Source: Takakia lepidozioides (lineage: Eukaryota > Plantae > Bryophyta). Taken from it: a stretch of 64,000 nt of DNA. Positions 25,973 to 37,830 of the stretch are shown here, in pieces; position 1 is the first letter of the stretch, and each line of letters opens with the position of its first letter. Location: positions 18,476,001 through 18,540,000 of the forward strand of contig CM060731.1 of the NCBI GenBank assembly GCA_030704615.1, read 5' to 3'. The notes under the pieces are model-generated. The model worked only from the letters and a program-made list of their open reading frames with translations, was not told the DNA's origin and did not search any database. Both the position numbers and the translations under genes were made by a program.

Positions 25973-28040
25973 TGTCAAGGACGAGAACATGACTGAAGTA
26001 CACAAACCAGAGATCAGACTAGAGGTACAAGACTAGACAAGAAGTCAAGGCCGGCGTGGCCGAATGCATGATGAGTAAATAGGAATCAAGACGATCTTTA
26101 TAACAATGAACAAGAGTACAAGATATTGGAACACGACTTGAATACTGGAAATGCTGGAAACTAGACTGGAGTACCAGATATTGGAAACTGGGCTAGAGTA
26201 CTGGGAACTGGACTGGAGTACTGGAACTGGGAACAAGAGTAGCTTGAACTGGTGTTGGCGAGACTGAAGAGTGTCCAGTCTCGCCTCCTATATATACTGG
26301 TTACTAAGAAGCTTCCCCTACGGAGGTTTCTTGCTGGAGAAGTTTCCAAGATTAAACAAAGGTTTCTTGATGGAGAAGCTTCCTTAAACAAATGAGGTAT
26401 CTTGATGGAGAAGTTTCCTCCAAATGAAGCTTCATGAGTAGTTTCCCAAGTTACTCTTGGTAATTTGGTAAACTCCCAGTAACTTGGTAAGTAATGGTAA
26501 ATCATGGTAGATCATGGTCAATTACGGTAAGTCATGGTAACTTTTGATAACATGGTAACATGGTAACTTGGTAACTTCTGATATTTACTCCTGGTAAGTT
26601 CCTCTGGGCTATGTCCATGACATCATCCCCTCCTCTAGCGCCGAGTTCCTCGAGGAGCGGTAAAATCTTGGACTTGCTTAGAGTTGGAGAACCTCCATCC
26701 TTAGTGTATATCAGATATACTGAATGTGGAGTCTTCACCTTGAAGCTAACTTGACTGACATCATCGTTGTGACGTCTTATTGACGTGTAGCTCAGGGCTT
26801 AGCTGGATATCGTTGATGAAACTCTTGGACTTTGTCAGATGCATTGGCAAGGTTGGATGAAGGTTCTCACGTTCGTTCGCTGATGTCGTAGCCTTTCCAA
26901 TGTACGAAATACTCAAGACGTTTATACTTGATGCGAGAGTCTAGGACTTCGTCGACTTTATACTCGATTTCCTGATTGACTTCGATTGGTGGAGGTGGTA
27001 TGGAGACTCTCCCTAGAATATTCGATGGATGATACAACTTTAATAATGAAACATGAAAGATTGGATGGATGCGCATACTTCGTGGGAGTTCAAGTCGAAA
27101 CCTGACCGGATTTATTTGTCGAATAATTTTGAATGGTCCCAGGCGTTGATAATCCAACTTCCTTGATGGTCGCGAGGTTTGTATGTCCCGTCGAAGAAGC
27201 CACACACGATCTCTGACCTTGAACTGGGGTTGGAGTTGGCGATGTTGATCTGCATACTCCTTGTATTATTTTTGAACTTCTGCGAGGTGGAATGTAAGCT
27301 CCTTGTGAATCGTAGCAAGATGAGTAGCAAGGCTTTCTGCAACATGATTTCCAACAGTCTTCATATGAAAAAGGTTTGCTCGAGGATGATGAGAAAATGG
27401 AGTTTGCTTGGTCGAAGAATAAATAGTGTTGTTGTAGGCAAACTCAGCCAATGACAGAAGGTCCGTCCAATTATCTTGGTGATAATTTATCGTACAGCGA
27501 AGATACTGCTCCAAAATCTGGTTTACGCGTTCGGTTTGACCATCAGTCTGTGGATGATTAGCTGTAGAGAGATTGATCTTAGTATCCAATATGTGAAATA
27601 ATCCCCTCTAGAAATTTGATATGAACTGTGGTTCTCGATCAGATACGATGTCCTTCAGGAGTCCATGAATGCGGTAGATATTATTAAGGAAGAGTCTTGC
27701 AGTTTCCTCGCCGGTAACCGTCTTATTACATGGAATGAAATGTACCATTTTTGTAAAACGATCTACAATAACAAGGATTGAATCGGTGGTCTTGGAAATT
27801 GGAAGGTCCGTAATAAAGTCCATAGATACGGACGACCATAGACCATTGGGAATGGGTAATGGTTCAAGAAGGTCGTAAGGTCGATGTCGTGGTCCCTTCG
27901 CTCTAGCGCACGTGTCGCAAGATTTTATAAATTCTTTCACGAGTTTCCACATCTGCGGCCACCAATAGTCCCTGGATATCAATTCCATTGTTTTGTTGAA
28001 GCCGAAATGTCCTGCAGCCGGAAGATCATGACATGTCTGC
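25973..28040 (-). mobile_element. Truncated chromoviral Ty3/Gypsy (INT-chromodomain, PPT, 3' LTR 25973-26622)
   Basis: [48 protein letters not shown], chromodomain EYKVDEVLDSR..YFVHWKGY. LTR TGTCATGG...CCTTGACA. 5' end abuts Copia gag. Confidence 0.92.
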
Positions 28041-29424
28041 CATCAGCATACCAACAATTACTCTCAGCCATGGTAACTCTAGAAGATTGAGCCCTGTGAA
28101 CAGTGTATGCAGTGCTAATATTGACCTCTGGAGACATACTCTCCACTTGATTTGCTTGACTTTCTGCTGCCTTCTTATCAGGACACTCGCGCTCCCAGTG
28201 TCCTCTTCTTCCACAACCATTGCAATGAGTTCGTTTCTTCAATTCCTCGATTCTCCTTCTCTTTTCCTGACGTTCAGCATACGTCAATCTTGGCTTACCA
28301 TCACCGCTTCCGCTGTTGTTCATATTACCTGGCCGACCAACAAAAAAGGCCTTATCTCTGGCTTCATCAAATGCTCCTCGTTCTTTGTTCAGGGTTTCTT
28401 CTTTTAGCAGTCTTACGGTAAGTTTCTCGATCGTCTGCTCATCGTTCGGAACACTGTCCCACGCTGAGATCATGTGTCGGTATGAAGGAGGTAAACTGCA
28501 AATAATCTTGGTGATTACTGCTCGATCTGTTGTGGCCTCCCCAAGATCGTTAAGCTGGCAGGCCATGGACTCTATGGTGCTAATGTGTTCAGCTACATCA
28601 TCACCATCACTCATCTTGTATTCAAAAAATTTCTGCTGTAGCATATGGATATTTTCGCTTGCGCACTGCTCATGAATGGTGATGAGACGACTCCACATCT
28701 TTGCTGATGTCTTGCATGCAATGAGTTGCTGCATGCGCTTCTTGTCTACCGACCTACAGATGTACAAAGAAGCACAGTTATCCTTGTCATCCCACTCATC
28801 CTGATCCAAAGCTTCTTCTCTCAATTCTATTCCCTCAACAACACGTAAAAGCTTCTTTGCTCGGAATAGCACTTGCATTTGTAACTTCCATAGTTGGAAG
28901 TTATCTCCCGTGAACTTCTCAATATTCGTCACATTCTTAGAATCTGTCTTCACTGACGCCATTTCTTCTATCACCCTTACTTCTACAGAAAGAAAACCTC
29001 TCACATAGCATTAAGCGATTGTGGGCCCATAACCTCTTGAAAATACTGATTTCATTGCTTGCTCATAGTTGTTTACAGAGTAGCCAGTAAGTTATAAAGA
29101 AGCTATCCAACACTATTGAAACACTGAGAAGTACGCGGCTTATCAATCTACAAGGCAATCCATCAAAATCAATGATGCTCACGCATCTGTAAGCTTAACT
29201 ACACCACGCTATGAACATACATAAAAACTAACTAAGTATCGTCTGCCACCAAAAAATACAAGTACTACTAAGTGCGGGAGATCCAACTAGCTAGAGATTC
29301 AAAATGTGACTGACTGGCATCTGTGATTGTGACTGCTCGGTGGACTGCCACCTAGTTGCTGACTATGACTATTCGACTAGCATGGTCCAGATGTCAATGA
29401 CGGACTGGATCTTCGATTTCAACA
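28041..29424 (-). mobile_element. Ty1/Copia retrotransposon, 5' half (5' LTR 29035-29424, PBS, gag)
   Basis: 390-bp LTR ~97% identical to 11831-12220. PBS GGTTATGGGCCCA. gag KFTGDNFQLWK..SLPPSY..CNGCGRRGHWEREC ending at WYAD. Preceded on the element strand by TATAC. Confidence 0.95.
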
Positions 29425-29691
29425 GTATACATGTCAACCTACGCAGGGTAAGGATTCAAGCGTTTCTGCTGGTGTGCCACCAGCTCTCTCACCAGGCTTT
29501 AATTCGGTGAACCTTATGTTAGAGTAGTATATCACATGAGCGGGTTAAAATTCAAACCATGGATGATTGCAAAGCGGTGCCCCTGCTAATTCAAACTGAA
29601 TGCTTGCATACACCGTCATGGATCGTTCTCCAACGACAAACAAAATCAACCCCATCATGCCAATCCTCGGTACAGCTCAAAGCATGGGCAT

Positions 29692-32600
29692 TGTCGCGGC
29701 CCTTTGCCTTGAGGGCAGGGGGTCGGGACACATGAGGGGCTGCCCCTGTGGTGGGGGCAGCGGCAGCGATAGGTATGGGGGGTTGAAGCACCCTTGAGTG
29801 CCCAAGGCACTCAGGGAAGCGGAGGCGCTCACTAGGTGGAGCCCCGCACACCGGGTTGCGGTGGGGGTGGCTCCACAAGGGGTGGTGGTAGCTTAGTGGG
29901 ACTTAGTGGGGGTGGCATAGGACTCACCATGGGGGCGGAGACCTCGTGGTGGGAGTCGTGGGGAGTCTTGGGACTCATCACGGTCCATAGGGGCCGTGGT
30001 GAGCGGGCCAAGACTCACCGCGACTCACCACCGGGAATCGAGGGTCTTCGTGGTGGTTTGCCATAAAATGGCATGGCTGGTTGTGAAACCCCCGCGGACA
30101 GCTACAAAAGTATATATAGGGAGTAGTAACCTCGAGAACGGTGCAAGCCCGTTGGTGACCAAAAACTAGTGAGTAAGCGAGCGAGCCGGAAAGCGACCAA
30201 AGAGTGGGGAACTGTTCCGGACTGCCATTTACCAAAGGGAATTCTCCTAGTCCCAAATAGGTGGAGGGTCGAGAGGGAAGTGAAGGGGGACCGTTATGTC
30301 CCGGTGAGCAGCCGAAGCTCCAAGTTGGCCCGGACGGCCAGGTTGGGAGTCAGGCGCGCGCATCAAAACGAGTAACTATGACTTGAAGGGGAGCTTATCG
30401 AAGTGAGGTGCGCGACACTTGGTATCAGAGCTTAGAGTTCAGTACGCGATCGTCCGTGGGATTGGCCTCATCATGGGGTCGGGCAAGCCGAAGCGAAAGC
30501 GGAACGGCCCAAAAGATGATGATCCTGGTGAGCCCGATGGGGGCGACGTGTCACCGAGGCGGCCGTTTGAGGAAGCGATGAATGTTTCCGAAAATGAGGC
30601 CGCTCAAGAGCGGGAGGAATCTGAGGAGTCGGAGCCCGAGGAATCCTTGAGAGCTCCGACAAACCAAGAGATGCCTCCCATGCCGGCAGCCTTTTGGGAA
30701 GGGTTGTTGGCGCAGTTTGGCGGGACGTTGAAAGACGTGTTGAAGGCGGCTAATGCCACTTCCACTAAGGCAAAGTTTAAGGTGAAGCCTAAGAAACCCG
30801 ACACCTTCGAGGGCATCCGAAATCGGAAGGCACTCAACGCCTGGCTCTTGGAGCTGGAGCAGTACTTCCGGGCGGCCAAGTTGAGTGACGAGGATCGCGT
30901 GGAAGTGGCTCCCACCTATTTGAGGGGCTATGCTCAACAATGGTGGCAGAAACGCCTTCACGACCGAGGTCCAAGTCCGGAAACCTTGAACTGGAGTGGG
31001 TCAAGGAATTGATGAAGAGACAGTTTGTGCCCCTCAACGCGTCCTGGCTTGCCCAGGACAAGATGAGGAATTTGAAGCAAACAGATGACATTCGGGGGTA
31101 TGTCCAGGCTTTCAATGTGCTGTTGCTCGAAGTCGCGGACATGGCAGAACCAGAAATGGTCTTCAACTTTGTGGCGGGACTGGCCCCATGGGCCAGGCGG
31201 AAGTTGGAGGAGAAGCCACCCAAGACTTTGAACGAGGCAATTGAGAGGGCTGAATGTTTCTCGGATGTCCCTAGGGGTGAGAGACAAGGCCGTACGGAGC
31301 TGAACCACAAGAAGACCCGGCGGGAAGGTGACTCCTTCCGACCAGAAAAGAAGTGGGATAGGCCACGCGGCGATAATGGCACGTGGAAATCGAAGGGAGG
31401 ACCTTCACACGTCAAGGCGGCACCCGGTGCTTCGAAAAGAAAAGCGGGTGGAGCGGCTTATGGCGGACAGAAGGCGACCTTTGATGGAGTGTGTTTCAAT
31501 TGCGGGGAGCCCGGGCACATGGCCAAGAAGTGCACAAAACCTCGTCAATTGAACATGACTCGGGCAACCACGGAGCTGTCGGAAGATACCATCAGTCGCT
31601 TGGTGGAAGCGGTGGTTGCCAGGACTTGCAAGGTAGGCAACTATTCTTGTGAGTTGTATCAGGAAACTGGCGCCCTACGTAAAGAGAGTCAGTTATTGTT
31701 CGTGGAAGGGATAATATCCGGAACTAACGTGTCGTTGTTGGTGGACACAGGAGCGTCGCACTCTTTCATGACGCCGGCGACGGCGCGAAAGTTGGGACTC
31801 CCGACAAGTGACGTGGGGGCCTCTATTGAGGTGCGTTCTGCCAAAGGAGAACCACAGTTGGCGACAAGGTTGGCGTTTGATGTTCCTCTTCAACTGGGGA
31901 GTTGGGAGGGACGTGAGAACTTCACCATCTGCGAGATCGATGGAGTGGATCTCATTTTGGGGATGACCTTTTTGAGCAAATCCGGAGCGGTCATAGATGG
32001 CCGCAAGAGAGTAGTCACGCTGCCATGTGGGAATGGTGGCGAGGTCTTACGAGTGTCGGAAACGCCCAAATCCGTGGGAGGGCGAATAAACATTCTATCA
32101 GCAAGGGAGTGGGCCGTGGAGGAGGCACACGAGCCCCAATTTTTGCTTTACATTAGAGAAGTGAAAGGAGAAGGCGATGGGGAGCCGAGCCCAGATTGGA
32201 TCAAGGAGATTTTGGAGAAATACCAGGATGTTATGTCGGAGGATTTACCAAGCGGCTTGCCACCGCGAAGAAGAGTTGACCACAAAATTGAGGTGATACC
32301 GGGATCGGAACCGCCTGCCAAGGCGCCCTACCGGTTGAGCCACAGAGAGTTGGTCGAGCTGAAGACTCAGCTCAAGGATCTAATGTCAAAGGGGTACATC
32401 CGGCCGAGTAAGTCACCTTACGGAGCCCCGGTGCTATTTGCAGACAAGAAGGATGGGACGCTGCGGATGTGTGTCGATTACAGGGCTCTGAATAAGGTGA
32501 CTATAAAAAACCGGTACCCTTTGCCAAGGATCGACGATCTCTTCGATTGGTTGGCAGGAGCGAAGTATTTCAGCCGGATCGACTTGCGCTCTGGCTATCA

Positions 32601-35600
32601 CCAAATTCGGGTGGCGGAAGGAGATGAGGAGAAGACCGCGTACAGGACAAGGTATGGTTCATACGAGTTCTTGGTGATGCCTTTTGGGTTCACCAATGCA
32701 CCAGCGACATTTAGCACGCTGATGAACAGCCTTTTCCAGGAGTGGTTGGATGACTTTGTGATCGTGTACATCGACGACATCTTGGTGTACTCGAAAACAA
32801 AGGAGGAGCACCTGGAGCACCTCAAAATGGTGTTCCAAAAATTGCGGGAAGGGAAGCTTTACGCCAAAGCTTCAAAGTGCGAATTCGGGGTCACGAAAGT
32901 GGAGTTCTTGGGGTATGTGATTACACAGGATGGGATCAAAATGGATGACAAAAAGGTGAGGGCGATCTTGGACTGGGAGCCTCCGACTTCGGTCCCGGGA
33001 GTGCGATCCTTCCTAGGACTCGCCTCCTATTACCGGAAGTATGTGAGAAATTTCGCCAAGATTGCGGGGCCGCTGTCGGACCTTCTGTGTAAATCTAAAG
33101 TCTGGGCGTGGAACACCTTTTGTGGCCAAGCTTTTGCTGAATTGAAGCAACGGATGGCGGAAGCTCCAGTCTTGAAAATCCCGGAGTTCGATCGTCCGTT
33201 CGAGATACATACAGATGCATCGGACTTCGCGATTGGGGGTGTACTTATGCAAGATGGACGTCCAGTGGCTTACGAAAGTAAGAAACTGAATGAAGTGGAG
33301 CGACGGTGGCCGACGCACGAAAAAGAGATGAAGGCGGTGGTGCATTGCCTTGAGCTCTGGCACCACTATGTTGGTTCCAACCCAGTGAAGGTGTTCACGG
33401 ACAATGTCACGGTGAAGTATTTTGCCACGCAGCCCAAGTTGTCCCCAAAACAACTTAGGTGGCAAGATACTTTGGCGGTGTTCGACGTGGATATCCAGTA
33501 CAAACCGGGACGAGACAACGTGGTGGCCGATGCTTTAAGTAGAAAGAAGCAGCTCTTGTTGGTGTACAAGGGCGAGACGGCGCTCCAAAGGAAGATCCGG
33601 AAGGCTTGCCGGAAGGATGAGCTGGCGAAGTCCGTGATGCAGGACTTGAGGATGGGGGTTAAATCACAGTTCCACTTGCAAAATGGACTGCTCCGGTATA
33701 AGCAAAAACGTCTCTACGTGCCGAAGGGAGGGATCAGAGATAGCCTCTTGAAAGAATGCCATGATAGCCCGCTTGCGGGCCACGGCGGAGCCAAGCGCAC
33801 TACGGCACTCTTGAAGAAAGAGTATTTCTGGCCCAAACTGAGGGAGGAGGCAGAGGAGTATGTCAAGACATGCACCACATGCCAACAAAACCGGAGCGAG
33901 TACAAAAAGCAAGCGGGGCTGTTACAACCCTTGCCGATTCCAGAGGGGACTTGGGAATGCGTCTCGATGGACTTCATGACTGCTATGCCGCTGTCAAAAG
34001 GATTCGATGCAATCATGGTGGTGGTATATAGGTTCAGTAAAATGGGCCATTTCATCCCCACCAAGGAGACGGCAACGGTGCAGGAGACAGGGCGACTTTA
34101 CTTCGCCCACGTCTTAAAGCATCATGGAGTCCCGAGGGATATTGTCTCGGACCGCGATCCAAAGTTTACGAGTAAATTCTGGAGAGCACTTTGGAAGAAG
34201 ATGGGGACGAGGCTGAAGATGAGCACCGCCTTCCAACCTACGACCGACGGCCAAACAGAAAGAGTGAATTCCGTAGTGAAGCAGATCTTGCGGAATTACG
34301 TGTCGGCAGACCAAACAGACTGGGTGGAACACTTAGACGCGGCAGAGTTCTGTTATAATAACACAGAACACTCCGCAACGGGAGTTTCCCCTTTCGTATT
34401 GGTCTATGGAAAAGCACCTCTGGTGCCGACAAGTTGGGCCGCCAAGGACGTTGAGGAACCGGCAGTAGCGGCGGTACTGGAAGAACGCGAGCGTTTGTTG
34501 AAGCTCGCAAAGTACAACATTGCCAAAGCTAGGAAACGGTATTAAAGGCAGGCGAATCGGAAGCGGAGGGAAGTGAAGTTTGAGGCAGGCATGGAGGTCT
34601 GGTTGAACATCAAGAATTTCCAACTACCTCCGGAAGTGAGTCCGAAGTTTGTACCTCCGTATGCGGGACCTTTTCGCATTCGGAAGGTTATGAATGAGGA
34701 TGTGTATGAATTGGAGCTACCGGCAAACAGCAAGGTGCACCCAGTATTCCATGTCTCCCTTTTTAAGCCTTACTTCAAAGATGAAGCGCGGCCGAATCGG
34801 CATCAAGTGTTGCGTCCGCCACCTATGCTGTTGGATCATGAAAATGAACCTGAGTACGAGGTGGAGGCAATACTTAAGTCGAGGAGGTTCAAGAACCGAG
34901 AAACTGAGTATCTCGTCAAATGGAAGGGCTATCATCATGTGGAGGCATCTTGGGTGCGTGCCTCAGAAATGGGAAACGCATCCGAGGCGGTTGCAGCTTT
35001 CGAAGGGCGACCTCAAAAGCGGAAGAAGCGTTGATGGGGACATCAACCTTGGAGCGTGGGGGAGGAAATGCATGCTTAGCCCGGCTTAGCTAGCTTAGTA
35101 ATCCGATTGCAAAAACTTGTATTGTACCAAAACGTGCTATAAATGAAATGGATTCCAAATGTTGTGCGTCCTATATTGTTTGGAATGGTGATGCATGGTA
35201 TGGTTGGCTAGTGTGTAGAATGCATGCTAGCTTATAAAAGTGGGAGAGGTAAATTGGGTTAATCGTGTGTTTGCGTAGTGCCGAAATCGGGTAACCCCCA
35301 TCCAAGGGGCGAGGAAACTTGCGCCTTCTTTGGGAGTTCACGTGCTAGTGCGCACCTGGCACGTGCGCGTACTATAACTGCGCTACCGAGGGGGTTGCCT
35401 TGTAGTGCAGGCTAACGCGGAAGCTACGTGCTTCCGTTCACGTACTATAATCGTGTAGCCTCGGGACGAAGTCGTAGTGCGGCTTCGGCGTGTTCCCGTA
35501 CCTCAGGCCAGCATTCCAAGGCGGACCCAATTGTAGTGATTGGGGCGCACGGTTGGTTCAAGGTTATCTTCCTAGTCAAAGAGGGTTCCAGGTGAACCCT

Positions 35601-36666
35601 TGCTCAAGGTGATGCCAAAAACGGCCTCATGAGCGATCGCAAGCAAGGTTGTTGCAGTAAGGCGATTCGATCCTCGGGGAGGATCGTTCCTTGGCCTTAC
35701 AGTAGGCTAAGAAGAGTGCACTGGGAGGAGCTGGAGAGGCTCCACCCTTGGCCGGGACTTGGAGGAAGTCGGCCGAACTAGCTAGTGGAGAGTAGAGTCA
35801 AGTGTGGGGTTTGGTTCTTTGCCATGGGACGCCATGGTACGGAAACAAACTCCTTGATGTGGGACGCCACAACTTGGATGTTCGTTTCTACAAAATGGAC
35901 AAGTCGATGAGGACATCGACTCCCTGTTGGTAGGGGTGTGTGTCGCGGCCCTTTGCCTTGAGGGCAGGGGGTCGGGACACATGAGGGGCTGCCCCTGTGG
36001 TGGGGGCAGTGGCAGCGATAGGTATGGGGGGCTGAAGCACCCTTGAGTGCCCAAGGCACTCAGGGAAGCGGAGGCGCTCACTAGGTGGAGCCCCGCACAC
36101 CGGGTTGCGGTGGGGGTGGCTCCACAAGGGGTGGTGGTAGCTTAGTGGGACTTAGTGGGGGTGACATAGGACTCACCATGGGGGCGGAGACCTCGTGGTG
36201 GGAGTCGTGGGGAGTCTTGGGACTCATCACGGTCCATAGGGGCCGTGGTGAGCAGGCCAAGACTCACCGCGACTCACCACCGGGAATCGAGGGTCTTCGT
36301 GGTGGTTCGCCATAAAATGGCATGGCTGGTTGTGAAACCCCCGCGGACAGCTACAGAAGTATATATAGGGAGTAGTAACCTCGAGAACGGTGCAAGCCCG
36401 TTGGTGACCAAAAACTAGTGAGTAAGCGAGCGAGCCGGAAAGCGACCAAAGAGTGGGGAACTGTTCCGGACTGCCATTTACCAAAGGGAATTCTCCTAGT
36501 CCCAAATAGGTGGAGGGTCGAGAGGGAAGTGAAGGGGGACCGTTATGTCCCGGTGAGCAGCCGAAGCTCCAAGTTGGCCCGGGCGGCCAGGTTGGGAGTC
36601 AGGCGCGCGCATCAAAGCGAGTAACTATGATTTGAAGGGGAGCTTATCGAAGTGAGGTGCGTGACA
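29692..36666 (+). mobile_element. Full-length chromoviral Ty3/Gypsy retrotransposon (Galadriel/Tcn1-like)
   Basis: 726-bp LTRs 29692-30417 and 35941-36666 (TG..CA, 10 differences counted). TSD GGCAT. PBS TGGTATCAGAGC at 30420. Confidence 0.97.
30473..35034 (+). pseudogene. gag-pol of the chromovirus (CCHC, PR, RT, RH, INT, chromodomain)
   Basis: [59 protein letters not shown]. One frameshift near 30990 and one stop at 34543. Confidence 0.93.
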
Positions 36667-36829
36667 GGCATGCACTCTTGTGTTTGGGGTATAGGGGACA
36701 AGTCAATTTATAGGGATCGCAGGCAAACACAACACTTTGGTCATTTCGGAACTCCAAAAGCGAAGATCATGGTGGGCCGAGTGGTAAACGAAGCTCTTCT
36801 AATGCCTGTGTATGTACTCTACTTCATCT

Positions 36830-37035
36830 TCGTGTACACGTCAACCTGCGTTGTGTAAGGCTTCCTGATACCGATACCACTCATTCGAAATTTTTCATGT
36901 ACTTCTCAAAGTCATCAAATGTAAAGACAGGTCTTAGATACATGTCAATCTGCGCAGTGTAAGGCTTCCTCCTCGAGTACAAACCATTCATTGGAAAATT
37001 TTCATGTACTTCTCAAAGTCATCAAATTTAAAGAT
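36830..37035. repeat. ~105-bp tandem duplication; third related copy at the Copia target site (29427)
   Basis: TACAxGTCAAxCTGCGxxGTGTAAGGCTTCC...TTTTCATGTACTTCTCAAAGTCATCAAAT occurs twice. Confidence 0.8.
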
Positions 37036-37712
37036 AGATCCTATATATGCATAATATAAGAAATCAGCCAAATCAGAAGTCTGAACTGTTGAGACTATGA
37101 TTTTGCAACATAAGGAGAATGCATGAAAGTTATGTTAAAAAAACCATATTACAAAAACAAAGCAAGGTATGCAACTACATTAAAGTTCAAACTTTGTTTC
37201 AGGATGTTTATGTGAGGAAGGTGCTAACTTAGGGGTCATTGGAGGTCGGGTCCACTGACACACGCTCCTGAACTGTAGATCGATTCTCAACTCTTTCACT
37301 TAGGTTAGCATCTTGAGAACCCTGCCCAGCTGAGAGCTGTACACTGGCCCATGGATCTTGGGATGTTGGGCCCACTGAAAGAATTGACATCTTCCTCATC
37401 TTCATCACTCTGACTACCCTCATGTGAATGCCTATCATTGTAATTTTGTCTCTCAGGGGATGAATCGTTGGCTCTCAATCTGAATCCTGTTGTAAGCCAT
37501 ATCCTCCTCGGTATCTGGTAGCAACCTGAATTGCACAATGGGACTCTTGCACATGTGGATTTGTGGCCAGTGGGCCTGTTAGACTTGGTATTAAAGTTTG
37601 AATGGTAGGCGGGTCCATTTTGAATTGAGCAGCCACTCTGTTTAATTGGAGCAGCCGTCATGGTCATTACTCACTATGAAGCACTATCCTCCCCAAATCC
37701 AATCTAAACTTG

Positions 37713-37830
37713 TTTTTTTAAATTTAAATTTAAATTTAATTTATTTTAAAGAGAACAGGGGAAAGAGGCCCTGGCAACTTTATTTAATAAAGACGGACAG
37801 TATAGAAAGGAGGAAAAAATAAACTACCGG
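37713..37830 (-). mobile_element. Short LINE 3'-end stub with A-rich tail
   Basis: GAGAACAGG..GCCCTGG.AACTTTATT matches the LINE end at 24440-24480. Confidence 0.55.

Noticed and set aside
27979-29004. 341-aa ORF as one gene
   Set aside because: It is Copia gag read through a rearrangement junction into out-of-frame Gypsy integrase sequence.
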